Below are positions 30,106-32,000 of a stretch of DNA of 32,000 nucleotides, piece after piece (the first letter of the stretch is position 1; every line of letters begins with the position of its first letter). The notes beneath the pieces were generated by a model, which was not told the origin of the DNA, ran no database searches, and was given only the letters and a program-made list of their open reading frames with translations. The stretch is from Candidatus Saccharimonadota bacterium (GTDB lineage: Bacteria; Pseudomonadota; Alphaproteobacteria; Rickettsiales; Anaplasmataceae), in the NCBI GenBank assembly GCA_029715105.1, contig CP085695.1:330001-362000 (forward strand), given 5' to 3'. Both the position numbers and the translations under genes were made by a program.

Positions 30106-31059
30106 CTATAATGTTGACTCACTAAAAAAACTATCTATATCATAGACATTGTTAATATTTTTTGTGCTTATAGATTGATCAATTCTTTTAACTAGATTAG
30201 ATAAAATTTTATTAGGTCCGATTTCTACAAATTTATTAACATTGTGATTTCTCATATACAAAACCATCTCCCTCCATCTTACTTTACTTATAATTTGTTT
30301 AGCAAGTAAGTTTTTTATTATAATCGGATTATTTTCTTCAATAGCTGTAACGTTTGATATAAATGGAACCAAGGGTCGAGTTATTGTAATTTTTTTTAAA
30401 AACTCTAAAATTTTTTTATTAGAAGATTCCATAAGAGATGAATGAAATGGTCCATCAACTTGTAGTCTAATTAATTTTTTAACGTTTGAATTCTTAAATA
30501 AATTAGGTAGCATTTTGAGAGTTTCATTAGTTCCGCTTACTACTACCTGTAATCCTCCATTATCATTTGCAATTTCACAAATACCTTTAATTTGAGATGA
30601 TTTCAATATATTCTCTACTTCACTTATATCTGCTCCTAGTAATGCGACCATTCCACCTTTATATTTCAAAGAAGCTTCACGCATTGCCTTACTACGAATT
30701 TTTAATAATTGGACTGCAGATTTAAGAGTTAAAGCTTTTGTAGCGCATAATGCTGTGTATTCACCAACTGAATGTCCACAAACATATTTAATATTATTAT
30801 TACAACTAGAAAAAAGAGATTTACCATATATATACTCCATAACACGTAGAATTGCAATTGATACTGCCATTATAGCCGGTTGAGCATTTTCTGTAATGGT
30901 TAATTCTTCAATACAGCCATCAAAAATTAAACTAGATAATTTTTTGTTTAAAATATCATCTATTTCGTTAAATACTTGTCTTGCAACAAAAAATTCACTA
31001 TATAAGTTTTTTCCCATTCCAACGAATTGAGAGCCTTGACCTGGAAAAGCAAAAATCAT
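30106..31059 (-). CDS. fabD: malonyl CoA-acyl carrier protein transacylase
   Basis: FAFPGQGSQ, the active-site nucleophile motif GHSVGEY, GPFHS, and typical length. No other fab genes are adjacent. Confidence 0.93.
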   Translation of the reverse strand: MIFAFPGQGSQFVGMGKNLYSEFFVARQVFNEIDDILNKKLSSLIFDGCIEELTITENAQPAIMAVSIAILRVMEYIYGKSLFSSCNNNIKYVCGHSVGEYTALCATKALTLKSAVQLLKIRSKAMREASLKYKGGMVALLGADISEVENILKSSQIKGICEIANDNGGLQVVVSGTNETLKMLPNLFKNSNVKKLIRLQVDGPFHSSLMESSNKKILEFLKKITITRPLVPFISNVTAIEENNPIIIKNLLAKQIISKVRWREMVLYMRNHNVNKFVEIGPNKILSNLVKRIDQSISTKNINNVYDIDSFFSESTL

Positions 31060-31149
31060 ATAATAAATATTATTTTTCAGTTTGACATTTTATCATTCTA
31101 ACACTTTATCTTATATCTATTTATTATTGTCAATTCCCTGGAAAAAGAA

Positions 31150-31178
31150 TTGACTTAATAAATTAGATTGAATAGAAT
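31150..31178 (+). promoter_or_regulatory. sigma70-type promoter candidate for rpmE-nadK
   Basis: TTGACT-N17-TAGAAT lies about 36 nt upstream of the rpmE ATG. A small hairpin, CCTAT-CGGA-ATAGG (31181-31194), lies between this promoter and the rpmE ATG, probably near the 5' end of the leader. This is a sequence match only. Confidence 0.4.
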
Positions 31179-31213
31179 TTCCTATCGGAATAGGTATAAA
31201 TTTAGGTATTTAG

Positions 31214-31426
31214 ATGACAAGAATTGATTACCATAAGATAATTATAGTTATGACTGATGGTCAAGAGTTTGAGACTCGTTCCACATATGGAAAGAATGGT
31301 GACAGGATAAAACTTGACATAGATCCTCTTACACATCCTGCATGGACTAAGAGTTTAACAAGTGGATCAACAAGAAAAGCCAGTAAAATAGCTAGATTTA
31401 ATGACAAATATGGAGGAATATTTTAA
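31214..31426 (+). CDS. rpmE: 50S ribosomal protein L31 (Cys-less form)
   Basis: DYHKIIIVMTDGQEFETRSTYGKNGDRIKLDIDPLTHPAWT and RFNDKYGG fit the alphaproteobacterial L31 pattern. No CxxC zinc motif is present. Confidence 0.9.
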   Translation: MTRIDYHKIIIVMTDGQEFETRSTYGKNGDRIKLDIDPLTHPAWTKSLTSGSTRKASKIARFNDKYGGIF

Positions 31427-31446
31427 ATTCTACTTTTTAAAAAATC

Positions 31447-32000
31447 ATGTACAGCAAATATAAAAATATAGCTTATGCTGTTTCCGATTCGCCGAAATCG
31501 CAAGAAATACCAAAGTTGTTGAAGAAACTTGATTTCATTAAGATAACAGAAAAAAATAAATCAGAAGTTGATTTACTTATAGTTGTAGGTGGCGATGGTT
31601 TTATGCTGCGTGCATTACATAATTATGTAATAGGAAACAAAAATATACACGTATACGGAGTAAATACTGGTAATGTTGGATTTTTAATGAACAAATATTT
31701 TAATTGTAGTAATGATTTAGTTGATAGTATAGAGTGCGCAACTCCAACGCAGCTCACTTTACTAAAAGTAGAAGTTATAAACATAGGTGGCAAAAAACAT
31801 CATTATATAGCATTAAATGAAGTGTATGTTTTTAGAAAAACAAATCAAATAGTAGAAATGAATATTATCATTAATGGAAAACCAAAAATAAAAAAATTCA
31901 GGGGAGATGGGGTGATATTATCCACTCCTACCGGAAGTGCTGCATATAATTTTTCTGCAGGAGGGCCAATTTTGCCATTAAATTCAAATTTGTTTGCATT
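31447..32000 (+). CDS. nadK: NAD kinase, 5' part (open at window edge)
   Basis: ATG at 31447, 20 bp after rpmE. The frame is open to the window end. GGDGFML, NTGNVGFL, NEV and GDGVILSTPTGSAAYNFSAGGPI are visible in my hand translation. Confidence 0.88.
   Translation, partial: MYSKYKNIAYAVSDSPKSQEIPKLLKKLDFIKITEKNKSEVDLLIVVGGDGFMLRALHNYVIGNKNIHVYGVNTGNVGFLMNKYFNCSNDLVDSIECATPTQLTLLKVEVINIGGKKHHYIALNEVYVFRKTNQIVEMNIIINGKPKIKKFRGDGVILSTPTGSAAYNFSAGGPILPLNSNLFA

Noticed and set aside
1-32000. Window-wide scan for CRISPR arrays, rRNA, RNase P, SRP or tmRNA signatures, intact IS elements, integrases, toxin-antitoxin cassettes and defence cassettes.
   Set aside because: I found no regularly spaced direct repeats, no conserved ncRNA core motifs that I could recognise by eye, and no matching ORFs. 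A covariance-model scan (Rfam) would be the decisive check for ncRNAs.

Overview
This is a very AT-rich window (about 25-30% GC from hand-sampled stretches) from a reduced genome. I call 23 protein-coding genes (2 of them open at the window edges) and 2 tRNAs. By hand sum this covers about 76% of the sequence. The rest is unusually long ORF-free spacer, with several stretches of 450-860 bp.

The gene content is almost entirely housekeeping:
- Cell envelope and lipid: murB (3' end), fabD.
- Isoprenoid (MEP) pathway: ispG, fused ispDF.
- Translation and RNA: gatB, prmC, tsaD, rpmE, an RNase D-like exonuclease, tRNA-Met/Ile2(CAT), tRNA-Gly(GCC).
- Transcription and DNA repair: rho, uvrA, rmuC.
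- Energy and redox: ccmF, atpG, nuoE, trxA.
- Other: a PrtD-type type I secretion ABC transporter, a degenerate phosphohexomutase homolog, pmbA, a cold-shock protein, gpmI, nadK (5' end).

The window looks like an Anaplasmataceae genome of the Ehrlichia/Neoehrlichia type. This rests on the fused ispDF, the solitary atpG, nuoE and gatB genes, the T1SS ABC transporter, the base composition and the long spacers. It is an inference, not a database result.

I see no rRNA, CRISPR array, intact mobile element, prophage, or toxin or defence cassette. I found no convincing novel multi-gene system.

The best leads are modest:
1. A phosphohexomutase gene caught in mid-decay.
2. A coding-like GC island next to csp whose translation carries a transposase/integrase-type C-terminal motif.
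3. A 39-nt bipartite motif shared by the gatB and atpG upstream regions.
4. A thioredoxin with a CKPC active site.
5. An orphan secreted protein.
6. A Rho with an N-terminal extension.
7. Several long unexplained spacers containing short perfect tandem duplications.

Palindromes and hairpins are expected by chance at this composition, so most of them were rejected.
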